From Antedon mediterranea (Eukaryota; Animalia; Echinodermata): DNA of 64,000 nt. Below the pieces are notes generated by a model. That model made no database searches and was not told the DNA's origin. It was given only the letters and a program-made list of their open reading frames with translations. Made by a program: the position numbers and the translations under genes. Location: the NCBI RefSeq assembly GCF_964355755.1, contig NC_092675.1:1483812-1547811 (forward strand). The letters run 5' to 3'. This document shows positions 22,994 through 36,043 of this stretch, piece after piece. How positions within the stretch are numbered: position 1 is the first letter of the stretch; each line of letters opens with the position of its first letter.

Positions 22994-25900
22994 ATGCCTA
23001 AGTGTCCAACATGCAATAAAGAAGTCTATTTTGGTGAGTAAAGACTAAAAAATACAGCAAAATGCGGATCATAGGGAATTGAAACTTAGGAAGTGTAAGA
23101 GGGAAACGGTAAGATGACACTCACACAGAACTGGTGGAAGATGATGGAAAAACCAGTTTCTGTAAATTTATGAAGGAATCAAATACCATTGGTCAAATGT
23201 TTTAAACATACATTTTGTGTCATATCAATCAAATGTATCAAGGTGATATCGTTATATTGAAAAGTTGAAAATATCACACAAATAATATAGGACATAAAAT
23301 AGGACATAAAATGAGTAAAAAAAGGTTTTTTTAAAGTAATTCTTTTAAATTTTCCATTTATTCAAACAAAATTATTTGGGTAGACCTAAATCACACTGCT
23401 TGTTTAGTTAACATTAATTTTTATTTAGGGTTAGTTTTTATCTATATCATTTAAAATTAAATATGTTGAAAAGAATTATTAAAAGTACTTTTTATATTGT
23501 TGTATATTATATAGAAAATGTCATAGTCACTGTGGTTATGTAAAACTCAAGTTTTTGAATAACATATTTAATTGATGATTGATTGAATGTATTATCACTT
23601 TTGGTTTTTTAGTGGTTTTGATTTTTGTTTTATTATTTACTAAACAGTACTTAAAATTATCCCATGTTAAACTACAGACCATGAAATACTTAGTTCAAAC
23701 CATAAAATAATACAATCTGATTGGTTAAAACCACAATACGAGCAGCGTCACTGATTTGAAGATTTAAATTATAGTCTTTTAGTAAATCCCAATTGAATTG
23801 AAAGGAAGTGGTGGGAGATATAAGGTTAACAAATTGTTTACTATGACAATAAATGACAATGAAAGGCAATCCCATAAGTGTATTGTACTTGAATCATGAT
23901 ACGTAATAGAATAAATGTACAGGCCTACTTTATCTTGAACTTTATATTCAATGAGAGGAAGAAGATTTTATGTTATATACACTCTCTTTTGAGAATGCAT
24001 AAAATCAATTTTTCTTACAGATCATGAGGATTCATTAGTAGACTGTCAAAAATCAATACAAAATGTAGTTTAATTTAATTTTTGTTGTCAAAAGAGGGCA
24101 CAACCTCCTTCACATTATCCCCTATCCCTTCCCCCTTTAGTTATTCTAAAGCTCTGTCTACGAGATTTCACTAGGTTCGCGTATGCATGTGTGAAAACGT
24201 GTAATAAGACCAAACCTGGTTACAACTTACTTGCTCATTGATTTAGAGTTTATATTTTATAATTATTATTTTGTTCATTTGTTCTTTTAGCTGAGAAAGT
24301 ATCATCACTTGGCAAAGATTGGCATAAGTTATGTCTCAAGTGCAGGGAGTGTAATAAGCTGCTAAGCTCTGGTGGTCATGCTCAGGTACGTAAACACCAG
24401 TGGTAAGATTGGTAGTAGATTATGTGAAGTACTGTCTCTGGTGTTCTTGCTAAGTAACACCAGTGGTAAGAATTAGTTGTAGATCTCTTGTGGTCACGCT
24501 CAGGTATGTAACACCAGTGATGAGAATTGGTAGTTCTGGTGTTCTTGCTAAGTAAAACCAGTGGTAAACATTGGTAGTAGATTAGGTGGAAGTACTATCT
24601 CTGGTGTTCTTGCTAAGTAAAACCAGTGGTAAACATTGGTAGTAGATTAGGTGGAAGTACTATCTCTGGTGTTCTTGCTAAGTAAAACCAGTGGTAAACA
24701 TTGGTAGTAGATTAGGTGGAAGTACTATCTCTGGTGTTCTTGCTAAGTAAAACCAGTGGTAAACATTGGTAGTAGATTAGGTGGAAGTACTATCTCTGGT
24801 GTTCTTGCTAAGTAAAACCAGTGGTAAACATTGGTAGTAGATTAGGTGGAAGTACTATCTCTGGTGTTCTTGCTAAGTAAAACCAGTGGTAAACATTGGT
24901 AGTAGATTAGGTGGAAGTACTATCTCTGGTGTTCTTGCTAAGTAAAACCAGTGGTAAACATTGGTAGTAGATTAGGTGGAAGTACTATCTCTGGTGTTCT
25001 TGCTAAGTAATACCAGTGAAGATTTGTAACAAATATTGTTCTGTTGACAAGTGTATCGTCAGTGACAAGGATCACCGCTGAAAGAATTCATAACATAGGC
25101 AGGTAGTAAATTTAGTACATTCTCATATAAGTAATTAATTACAACAATTGGTAATAGAGGTAATATATAGGGACTGCTAGAAGACCCTGAGGTAATCAAA
25201 TTTAAGTACACTAAAAATATTCAAAGGAATAACTATATACAATATAAAATTATTTAAATTATGTAAAAAAATAAAACGGATGCTGATTTCAAATATAAAT
25301 AGAAAAAAATAGTCAAACATATGAACGTTTGAATATGGTATTTACATTAATGATGTTATTAGATTTTGTTGAGAGAAATATTTCAAATTAGTAGAATTTT
25401 TTTTTTAAATTCTAATAAACCAACTACATATATAATATCATCATAAATTGACGAGTTTTTTAGAAATCCTTTAGATAGAGCACGCCACTGATTTTTTTTT
25501 TTTTTTTTAAAGTGTCAATTATGAATGTTCTGTAAAAACAAGATGCAGTCAGATATCTGTTTTGTTGTATTTAAGTAATTTATTCCCAAGATAATACATT
25601 ATATATTTTTAAACACGGCTTTCAATTGTACATTTTCTCTTCAGTGAATCTCTTACATAATCAATTATACATCACAACGTTTCAGTTTTGCAAACTTGTC
25701 ACAATTTATAGCAGCACTTTAGATTTGCATCAATTATGCATATTTTGATTGAGCGTCTGAGCCTAAAATTATAATTACTGAGTCGCTGCGAGTGAGTCAT
25801 CAGGTCCTGGTTGATGCTTGGGTAAATTTCATAAGCTGTGCTGTTAATGATTGTTGTGCTGTAAACGCATGAAATCTAGTAATAATAATGGTGAAAGTTC

Positions 25901-27733
25901 ACAATCTGTTGTTGTCATCATTACATAAATAAGAGATTATTGATGCATTAGTAAATTTCTAAAACATAAAAATATTATATAAAATCATGTTGAAAATGTA
26001 GCTTTTAACAGAAACATAGAAACAGTATAAAAGGCTAAATACAAATATTAGACATTCTTTTTAAACAAAAACGCATGCCAACAAAAAGCTTACATTTAGT
26101 AATTAAATCTACTGATTGTGTTAATTTTATTAGAATGTTTATAAATGGTCATCAAAAATGGCATATAACATACATCATGGCATACTGTGTATAAACATTT
26201 CAGAAACACAGATAAATGTGCCCTTAAACAGGGGCTTTCCACCTGTATATTGCACTCCACTACATTCAAAACAGCTTAAATCTCCGTCTACACTATCAAA
26301 CTTTATGTGCAAAAACAATGTGATGTGCCCAAATATGGTAGTGATATTAATGGTAGTGATATGACATCATGTCCATATATGGGCACATCACATTTTTTTG
26401 TTACATAAAGTTTGATAGTGTAGACAGAGCTTTGGAACACTAGGCCTAATATATGGTGTGTTTCTGTTATTTTTCATCTGATTTGTAGAAAGTTATGATG
26501 ATTAGATTACATAATCAAATGATGATAGTTTTAATCAGATTTCCTCTCTCTCAGGATAAGGAGTAGTCAGGGGTCTAGACTGGTCTACTAATACTACTAA
26601 CATTCATATCTAATCTCTCTGCACTAATTACTTACAGTGTGCTCAACTTTTAAATTATTTGAAACAGTATTATTTAAAAATCCCTATTTGTATTCAGACC
26701 ACTATTAACTTGTTTATTATTGTTTTATTTAACTTGTTTTATATGTTATTATTTTTGTTATATTTACGTGTTTAATGCAATACTTTGTAATGTTTATATT
26801 TTAGATTATAAAAGGATCCCAACGGAAATAAGCTAATAAGCTTTTCTATCCTGAAAAATCTGTTATAAATGTATTATTTGTAATGTCAGTAATTTATGTT
26901 ATCATTTTGTATTTTTATTTATTTATTTATTCACAATATTTAACCAGGGTGGGTGGCCCAATCAGTCAAAAAGACTGGTCTCCTTGGGTATTTTTTATGA
27001 TGATTTTCCTAATAAATTCAAATCAAAATCAAATCAATATACATACAGATTTTCTTAGTAGAAATAACATTTTTATGGTTGTCCACCAAATCAGCGTTTC
27101 GATTTTTGTCTCAATACTACGTAATAGTGAGCTCAAGTATTATGCGTATGAAATGCCATATGTGCCAAAATATCAAATTTTACTAATTATGGTCTAGAAC
27201 TATAATAATAATTAGAATCCTGTTGTATCCTGATTAAATGGATTAATATCAATAACAAACAATGACAATATCTTTGTTTCTTTTTTAGCATAATGGAGAT
27301 CCATATTGCCATCAACCTTGTTATGCTAAAAAGTTTGGACCTTCGGGTAAGAACCTACCAAAAATAGTATGAGTACAAATTACGTCAGAGTAGGCAAAAC
27401 ATCTGACCAATTACTCAACTCCCTGACGCAAAGCTACTCCACAGTAGATACAATTACAAAAATAATATGCTTTCTCATTGAGAAAACTAATTTTTTTAAT
27501 GAAAAATGTAAACTGTATACAATAGAATACATGATTGTTTAGTTCAAACATTTTTTAAAACTTGACATATGAATATGATAAGTCAAGTATGTTTCAGCCC
27601 AAGCGCCAACTGAAACATGCCTGTTTTTATATTTGATTGATGTGGCCTAATAAAGATGTTACTTTTCTTTCTCACAGGTTTCCGTGGAGGATCATCTACC
27701 GCTCCAAACAGCTACTACAACAAACCCAGATAA
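22994..27733 (+). CDS. CRIP1: Cysteine-rich intestinal protein 1-like, single LIM domain, 82 aa (missed by the ORF track)
   Basis: Exons 22994-23033, 24291-24385, 27289-27346 and 27678-27733 give [82 protein letters not shown], a complete CRIP-type LIM domain with Gly-rich tail. Confidence 0.93.
24386..25018. repeat. 65-bp minisatellite (about 7 identical units plus diverged and partial units)
   Basis: Unit CTGGTGTTCTTGCTAAGTAAAACCAGTGGTAAACATTGGTAGTAGATTAGGTGGAAGTACTATCT starts at 24536, 24601, 24666, 24731, 24796, 24861, 24926 and 24991 (partial). Confidence 0.95.
26279..26431. mobile_element. MITE family A
   Basis: Both TIRs are recognisable and the family core is present. Confidence 0.8.
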
Positions 27734-28140
27734 ATATTGTATGACCATGGCAACTGCTCCATCAAGAGGACCAGAATACCAGTGCTTTTATTAAATGTAC
27801 ATATTTTTTTTAGCAAAAGTATAGTTAGGTGCTTAAGCCTATTTTATAAGTTTCACGCTTAAAAAACATCTAATTTTTTAGAAATGACTCAAATGATTTA
27901 AGTGTTTCTTATCAACTTAATAATTAAATCATAAATATATGTAGATTGTATTTAAAATTATTCAAAATCATTATTATGATAAAAGTTGTTTCTAATAAAC
28001 CAGACTTAGTTCATAAATATGTAAATTATATTTTAAATTATTCAAAATCACTATTAATTGTAACAAAAGGCTGCAGACAAATAATTCATAGCCACAACCT
28101 GAACAACTCAATGTATGAAACTAGTGACTTGTCAGTATTC

Positions 28141-28345
28141 AGCTCTGTCTACACTATCAAGATAGTTTGACAAAACAAGTGTGATGTGCCCATATATTTA
28201 CCAGATTTCTAGAGCGCCCTTTTCATGAATACTCGTGCTCAAAGGTACTTCACATCATAATGTTATGATGGTAGTGATATGACATCATCATGTCCATATA
28301 TGGCCACATTTTTTGTCACATAATGTTTGATAGTGTAGACAGAGC
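28141..28345. mobile_element. MITE family A with a nested retroelement-tail fragment (~28200-28265)
   Basis: Both TIRs are present; the core is interrupted by GATTTCTAGAGCGCCCTTTTCATGAATACTCGTGCTCAAAGG. Confidence 0.7.
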
Positions 28346-28508
28346 ACAAATGTTAATTTTGTTAAATTGTATTCTAAATTTTCTGTTTTAAATATGGTAT
28401 TCACGTCAAAATAGAATATCTGTTAATATACTTTATTTATTTATTTTATCAGGGAAGAATGTTTATACAGTATATTGTCCCCTGGTCTACCAGAAAAAAA
28501 TGCTCTTT

Positions 28509-28639
28509 AGCTCTGTCTAGACTATCAAACTTTATGTGACAACAAAATGTGATGTGCCCATATATGGATGTGATGATGTCATATCACTACCATATTTGGG
28601 CACATCACACTTTTCTAGTTTGATAGTGTAGACAGAGCT
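28509..28639. mobile_element. MITE family A, near-intact copy
   Basis: AGCTCTGTCTAGACTATCAAACT...AGTTTGATAGTGTAGACAGAGCT followed by TTA. Confidence 0.85.
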
Positions 28640-28704
28640 TTATTGTTTTACATAGATTTTAAAGCTATAAATAAAAACAAATGTAAATGTCACATTTTTT
28701 AGAT

Positions 28705-28922
28705 GTAACATAAATATGTTTTTTATAATTTTCTGAAATAATCTGAATTGAAATCGTTTGATGTGGCAAGAGCATCAGATATTTTTAGTATCAATACATT
28801 TTAATATGTATAAATTATGAATCATGAAAATATGTTTATTATAATCTTCTTAAATAATCTGAAATGAAATTGTTTGTGCCAAGAGAATCACATATTTTAT
28901 TATAAATCCATTTTAATTATGA
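28705..28922. repeat. Diverged tandem duplication, ~115 bp x2
   Basis: AAATATGTTT...AAATAATCTGAA.TGAAAT.GTTTG...CAAGAG.ATCA.ATATTTT occurs twice. Confidence 0.65.
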
Positions 28923-29264
28923 AATAAATGTTTCAGTAGACTCTATTATGTGGTCATTGTATAAATACATTTTAAACCTATTAAGGGAAAGTCAAGTAAG
29001 ACCAAACAAATTAATACAAATTATTATTAGTATATAATTTGTGAAATAAATAAATGTGTATAAGATAAAGATAGAACATTTGTGAAAGAAACAGTGGGTG
29101 AAAGGAATTGTCCAAGATTTGAACTTGGAATCTTGTGCTTGATATGCAGATGATCTACTACAGTATATATTTAGGCATTTCTTTCAATTTGTCTTCATAC
29201 CAGAGTATCCACTGAACAACGTGAGATGAAATAAAACAACGTATTAACTCCAAATTAAAGACAA

Positions 29265-29439
29265 TACAAACTGTAAACTTTCCCAATACCGCCAGACTTT
29301 CTGAAAACCGGAAACTCTCCCAGACTTTTCTTGAGGTCCAAACAGTGAGTCCCAAACACATTCCGAATACCAAACTTTCTGGAAAACCAGACATATTTGG
29401 CCAGCCCAAAGGTATCCAGTATTGAGAGAGTTGACTGTA
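29265..29439. mobile_element. Tc1/mariner-pogo-like MITE remnant
   Basis: The right end CCAGTATTGAGAGAGTTGACTG-TA is inversely similar to the left GTAAACTTTCCCAATACCG. Internal CTGAAAACCGGAAACT is shared with ~47225. Confidence 0.5.
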
Positions 29440-30959
29440 CTATGAATGTTGATGTTTAAATTAAGAATTTGAAATATATTGTTTCATTTTTTTGTATCTC
29501 CGTTGAGATCCAGCCACTGATACCCATAGTATTGTAATTATTTAAGTAATTTCCCTTTGGATTTATATATATATAATTATATATCTGTTTATGTAATACT
29601 GTGACATATTTTTCCTCTTGAGCCTGATGTAAGTGCTTGTTGTGTTGAGATCAAGTAAGAATAAGATGACACAAAGTGTTTTACTTGTTAAGTTGTAACC
29701 TTGTTGAACATGACACTTGAATAGACTAAAGTAGTGATTTACTTTGAGGAACATAATAAATTACATCATGTAAAGGATGTACACTACGCTATCAAAATAA
29801 TATTATAGCTATTTTAATATAATCTGTTGTGTAGGCTTATCATATAAAGTTGCTGGTATTGATAACTGTGTATAATTTATCTATGATATACACAATAATA
29901 CACCAGAAGTAATTATGTGCTTCCTCCAATACAGTGAATTTCCTCTCAGCTCCAATTAATGACCACAAGTATTGGTACAGTTTCAATTCAATACTGGCAT
30001 GGTCATGTGAATGAATTATCACTCTATGGTGATGACATCATCACAGACTACAAATGAAAAGGTTACCTAACCTGTCTGTAAAATTCTGCTCCAAAACTGA
30101 TCACTTTTTTGGAAAATATATTGTAGCCCTGATGGCCTATACATTTATTTATTCTTTATTAAAAAATTAGCCATGGACCTATTAAATTAGATTATACATC
30201 CATGATATATCCCAATAATACATATAGGCCTATATTTCAATAAAATCGTATATTTTAATGTAAGAAAAAGGCTAATTTTGTTTGTTTGCAGCTTGTCTTC
30301 CATGTGCTAGTAAAAAGTATATAAATAGTGTAAGCTACGTAATTTCAAAATTACCAAGCAACTTGTAATGCAATGTATTATGGCAAATGCAAATAAATGT
30401 CGTAAAAGAATCCTAATCGTTCTCGAGTGTTACTTTAAAGTTGTCTTATTCTTATTTTATAGAGGGCGGTATACATATTATCAACAAAAAGCAACTCTAC
30501 TTTTTTGTTTCAATAATAAATACAGGCGCGCTATTTTCTCCGTTTTTAGTGGATACAATCAGTTTTATAAGCTTCTGTTTAAATAATAGTTTCATTATAA
30601 TTTGTTGGTTTAATCATAAAGGTGTAAGTAATTATTGACATCAATTAAGGGTAAAAATAGGTCTCTAATGCCTATCTCATTTGGCTCAATTATATTGTGA
30701 TGATATCATCTTTTTAAGACCCCTCCTCCCCTCAAACTTCAATAATTCCCGCTTCCCGTCAAAAAATCTTTGCCACGATTTTTCACTTGTTAACTTTATA
30801 TGTTGTGTATTCCAATAAAAATCACTCACCGGTTACTTTTTAGAAGGTAGGCCTATCGTATTCAATGGTTTTTTAAATATTTTTTTCCTTATTATATTGT
30901 TTTTTGTCGTCAATATTTTATATTAATTATTAGTTTTCTTGTCATGTCGACAACTGTTC

Positions 30960-31103
30960 AGGTGGTCAATGCTTAAAGTAATTTTTACTTATTTTAATCT
31001 CCTTTCACACATTGTCTTCTTTTTTCTTTTCTTATAGTTCATATATCTGTTCCTTTTGTTCAATGTGTGGAAAATAAATAAATGAAACAAACAAACAAAC
31101 AAA
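30960..31103 (+). mobile_element. Non-LTR retroelement 3' end with (AAAC)n tail
   Basis: Reverse-complement match to 11235-11372. Confidence 0.6.
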
Positions 31104-31329
31104 CCGTGTCAAGAAATCAAAGAGAGCCTTCCATTGTTTTGATTTTAATAATAATATCCTTTTTTATTTTCAAAGATTAGCTTTTAACTCAATAGAAACA
31201 CTAACAGCGACTTTTAAACAATTCTTCAATGACCTACCAGATATTTGGGTACTCCTCATCAAATCCGCAAGTGAAAGGTTTTGGTTTTGTTTTTTAATAC
31301 AAAAAAAAACAACCCTATTTATTAAAAAA

Positions 31330-31646
31330 TATGTGTTCGAGGTGTTTCAGGAATAGTTTATTCGAGGGAGGCTTTATCCGGGGGTGGTGTTTAAAGTTGT
31401 GTGTGTGTGTAATATCGTAATGTATAATCAGATAAATTCATTCCATCCCTAATATGAAAAACACAATTTATATCAAATATAGTAGGCCTAATTAAAAATC
31501 TATCATTAGTCAATAGATAAGGCCCCCAGTAGGGAGTTTTATTTGAGGTGGTGTTTTCCAAACGATGTTTTATGGGGAAGAGGCGTTTATACGAAGTGGA
31601 AATTTATTTAAAAAGCGAGGCGTTTATTATTCGAAGAAAAACGGTA
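31330..31646. mobile_element. Probable Tc1/mariner-type MITE remnant with GGCGTTTAT(T)CGA subrepeats
   Basis: Repeated GTTTATTCGAG / GGCGTTTATACGA motifs ending in AAAAACGG-TA. Confidence 0.4.
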
Positions 31647-32129
31647 CAAATAAATCGCAATACTGAGTAAAACTTTATTTTTGTAAGTTTTTTTGTATAA
31701 TAATATTTTGTATGCTGACTAAATGGGCCTATTGTTCACCACCACTCAACGCGCCCAATTCCCAACAAAAGTAACCCAAAGCACCCTACCCAAAAGGAAA
31801 CAATTAAATTCTTAGTTTACTACTTGCATACAACAACAAATGCTTTTTTGAAGATTTGTTTTGAAACCATACTTAGTTCCGTATTATTTAATAATACCAT
31901 CATTGGTATGACCCAAATAATAGTGGGTCGTTGGTCCTGATTACATTTTTAGGTAGATTTTCCAATAATCATTACAACAAAATTAATACCTACACAAGCT
32001 TGTTTACTTTTGCTTAATATAGATATAATTTACAGATTGAGCTGGTTTTCTAACTTACAATTATATTAATTAATTGTAATGTTGAATGTGTTTATTTTGT
32101 AAATTTGTTTGATTGAATTCCCCATTTTT

Positions 32130-32360
32130 TAATGGATTGGCCCAGGGAAATACTACATGGGTTACGAGCAGTTTATTAGCATAAGTAATGAATTGACATA
32201 CAATACAATTTTACTGAACGAGCCAGGGAGATAGAGAAAGGATTGGATTAGACTGCCATCTTGGTTTTTTCCTGTGGATAAATATCAAGTGCTCTGATCG
32301 TTTTCACGGGGCATTCCCGAGCAATTCAGGAGTTTTAATCGTGTAATATCGATGAAGGTA
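32130..32360 (+). promoter_or_regulatory. Putative CNOT6 promoter and non-coding first exon
   Basis: Two inverted CCAAT boxes (GATTGG ~32135 and ~32241), YY1-like GCCATCTTG at ~32255, donor AAG|GTATCT at 32357 and CpG-richer sequence downstream. The CNOT6 ATG exon (36030) begins with a splice acceptor, so an upstream exon is expected. Confidence 0.55.
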
Positions 32361-34410
32361 TCTATAAGTACTTGTGGGAAATAATTGATGTGTTTTAATG
32401 TTCAAATTATGTTACAACAGTTGAGGTATTTATAGAGGGACGCGCGGACGATCCGGGGAGCGAGAAAAGAAGAGTGGCGATCATACCGCTTTGTTGTTTT
32501 GTCCATCATACAACCAAAACAAGCTGGCTTTTCATTGATTTTTGGGTGGTATATTTCAATGCTAAACTAATGAATATTTATTTACTTAATTTTCTAATGC
32601 TTAAGCTAAATACTACTGTCGAGTGTAATTGTGCTGATAGTGCAGTTTTTAGTGAATACTAAAAAACGCGTACGGAACCACACTTGCTGTTTTTCTCTGC
32701 TGCTGCTGTGGTACGGTGTACAGGGAATCAGGTCAGATGAACTCTGAAATTACCAGTGCAGTGTAGGCCCTAGGTAGAGGCCTAGGTTTATTTTGGTAGG
32801 CTAGATCCGGTCAAAGAAAGGATGTTTTAAGCCTACCTGTATTCTAGCCATTTTTCTTGCAATCAATTTACTTTTTTAGATCCACTTTTCTAATTATAAT
32901 TGTTTTTAACCATTAAAAAGGGTTTGAAAATGAATTCGTCCCAGGATTTGACCGGTACAATCAATTGGGGTTTTCAGTAGCAATAGATAGAAAAGTATAT
33001 TATGAGATACTACTTATATTTAAGTCCAGATTTGCATTATATTAATCAATCATATATGGTAGGAATTAACCCTAGATAATATATAATAATTTTCAGCTTT
33101 ATATTTTTTTAAAGTGTCATAAATCACATTAAATTTCATAACGCGAAATATTCAATTACTCAAATTATGTGAATCCTGACGATCATAGTACCCCTTCAAT
33201 AGACCTTATATTCAAAACGACTTGTTTTTAAGTGCGAAAATGCATGTGTTATATGGTACCCTAAAAAATGTCAGCCAAATCTGTGTCGTGACCTATAATG
33301 ACCCATTAAGAAATTACCAATTATTAAGCTAGGGTTTGTTGGTTTAACTTTAATTCTATTTTTTTCTCCTCTCGTCTCATCTTTACAGTATTCCCATTTT
33401 GATTATATTGTTCCATTTTATACTAAGTCAACGAGCTTCCAAGTTCCAGTACTAAATATTACTGTTCTTAACCAATACAATAATCTATTTATAATTTTTA
33501 AAATAATTAAGAACAGCAGACATGACAACATGAGTTTAGACAGTTAGAATGTGTGATGTATAATATATATAAAAGCTCACAATGCCTTTGCAATTCCCAA
33601 AGCCCCTTAACCTGTATTTTATGAGTTTAAGAGTTTGCGTAATTTCTCATTTTAAAAATGTTCTAAATAGTTTATGCTATGCAATATTTGCTTTACTGTA
33701 CATTATTGTGCCATAAACTACAATAACTAAGTAACAACATTTTTAAAGGGCCATACATACAGAACTACTGTAAATACAATTTTATTGAAATTAAATTATT
33801 GCAAATTTATGCTTGATACTGTATACTGTACTTACAGTAGGTCGCAGCAATAAGAGTAGTTTACAGTGTACAGATAGTAGAAGAAGAATTATTATTGTCA
33901 ATGTCATGGAAATAAAGAAATTATTTACCAAATTCAGATTCAAGAATTGCATTTCTCCTTAATAATAATATTTATTCGGTCACTGATGAAAAAATAATGA
34001 GGAGTGCTGATAGGCTAAGCCAAATTAGATTCTGCACTCACTTCATACAATACAAACAGTTAAAATTGAACTTTAATATACAAGAAAGTTAATAGGGGTT
34101 TTACTGTTTCAATTTACTCAAATACAGTAGTTCATTGACCTTAAGGTTACTGTAATAATTAGGAAAGGAAATCAATGAAAATCAACATGTTTTTTGTATA
34201 CTGTATAAGTTAACCATCTCTATGTTAGTGATTATCTTATTGATTGTGTAAGATTTAATTAATAGATATTTTGAATATAGGATAGTACCTCATTCATTCC
34301 AAATTGATCATAGACCAAATGGTTTTTAAAACTTAAAGAATGTGATAAAGTAGACTGAAATTATTTACTTCTGTATGTTGTGAATATAACAAACATGACA
34401 CACTATTATA

Positions 34411-34652
34411 GTAAAGGTAAAGGTGAGTCCTGTGTTCTCTGAACGTAGGGGAATGAGCTGTTAGGAGCTCATTGTACTAAGCCTCGGCATTATGTGGTAG
34501 GGTGGGTAGTTCCTTTCCATGCCGCTGCTTTTTTTCTCCCTAGTATTTTCAACCAGGTACTCATTTACAGCTGAGTGGCCTGGGAGTTTTCAGGAATTGA
34601 ACCCGGGTCTATCTGTATGACAGTCAAGTGTCCTAACCACTCAGCTATCCAA
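34411..34652 (-). mobile_element. tRNA-derived SINE, nearly full length, (ACCTTT)n tail
   Basis: Minus-strand head GGATAGCTGAGTGGTTAGG (A box)...GGGTTCAATTCC (B box), central CCACTCAGCTGTAAATGAGTACCTGG, tail ACCTTTACCTTTAC. Confidence 0.75.
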
Positions 34653-34715
34653 CTCCTTAGTAGTAGTAGAACCTCTTGATATATTGGATAAATATACACT
34701 TAATCTATATCACTG

Positions 34716-34946
34716 GATTCCCAGTGCTGTATCTCCACATATTTCCAAAGTATCATAGGAATGTTTGGTAATACAGCATCTCATTTATATCACATGTCTT
34801 GCCTGTATCATGTACAGTATGGTAAGGGTAAGGTTACTGGATACTACAGTACTGTACACTAGATACAGTACATGTGAAACACATGTTGTACAGTATTACC
34901 AAATATTCCTATGATACTTCGGAAATAGATACAGTACCGAGAATCA
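34716..34946. mobile_element. Long imperfect inverted-repeat element (hairpin MITE); related copy at ~47790-47995
   Basis: ATTTCCAAAGTATCATAGGAATGTTTGGTAATAC pairs with GTATTACCAAATATTCCTATGATACTTCGGAAAT; the outer GATTCCCAGTGCTGTATCT pairs with AGATACAGTACCGAGAATC. Confidence 0.65.
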
Positions 34947-36043
34947 GCCGTCTGTACAGTGTAAAGGCAATTATTTTTTTGTTATATAGACTTAGTATTG
35001 TATTCTGTGGATATTGAACATTCGTGCAAAATACTGTATTTGAGAAATGCATTTCACCAGTTTTGTCTCTGCAGACAATTGAAAGTTTTCCTATATTGTA
35101 AACAATAAATGTTTAAACTTATTCACACATTAAATGGGTTTGATTAATTTTAACCTTGGGTATCTAGAAATCATTTTGTTTTTCAAGTCAACTATGACAT
35201 TGCCGTCATTGCTCAGTGAATCAGAGTTAAGAGAAGTGATTATGTTTAGCCACCAGCCTGCAGTAGGCTCACGATCATAAGCTTACAAGCTGAGTGTAAT
35301 CCTTGTAAGCTCCTTGCACAGCATTAAACATAGATAATTTCATTAAATTTGACTCGGTTGGAAGTGAATAACCTATGCAAAATGCTTAATTTATGAAATA
35401 CACAATTGTAGACTGCATTATTCGTTTAGCATTGTAACCGGTTTATGGCCAATATCGTCTTGCTCTTTAAAAACTTTTCAGTTTTCAGGCTGATTTTTGT
35501 TTTTATGGTACTAGTCATTTATTCAATGTATTGCTAGATTAGTTCTGTCTGCTATACCACTGACACCATCTTTACTGAATTAAGAATGACAGTTAAATTA
35601 CTGTACAGATATGCTTACATTACTACTTTTATACACTGTACTTACTATTATATTTATAATTGATATTGAAACAGGCAAGCTGAGGATAGGCTACTACTAG
35701 ATTGTAATTTGTTTACTGTCATTTTATAGAAAATGAAGAATGCAGCGCATGCTGTAGGATACATGGTGCTTAGAGCCCTCATCACACTCAAATTAACCAA
35801 CTTACCAGTAGAGTAGTTGTTGGGGGAAAGGGGAAAAGAGACTTGAAAGTATAAGCGCGATTGCTAATATACAGTACAACTGTATACAGTACAGTAGGTG
35901 AAAGGCCCAAAAAGTAACACATGTACAGTAGCTGTATACAATTTACTTCTCTAGGCCCGTGCAAGATGTTAAGCTGAGTGAGCTCTCTAAAGTACAGAGC
36001 ATTCAAACCTTTTTTTTTTATTTTTGTAGAAATTAAAAAAGGA

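Noticed and set aside
24536-25018. CRISPR-like array
   Set aside because: Units are identical 65-mers with no unique spacers, lie in a spliceosomal intron, and no cas genes are present.
26158-26364. Short ORFs with CPNMVVI / SLPYLG motifs (also 4715, 38647, 53584)
   Set aside because: Translations of MITE family A sequence, not a gene family.
34590-34652. tRNA gene
   Set aside because: A and B boxes are present, but no convincing cloverleaf forms and the sequence continues into a SINE body and tail.
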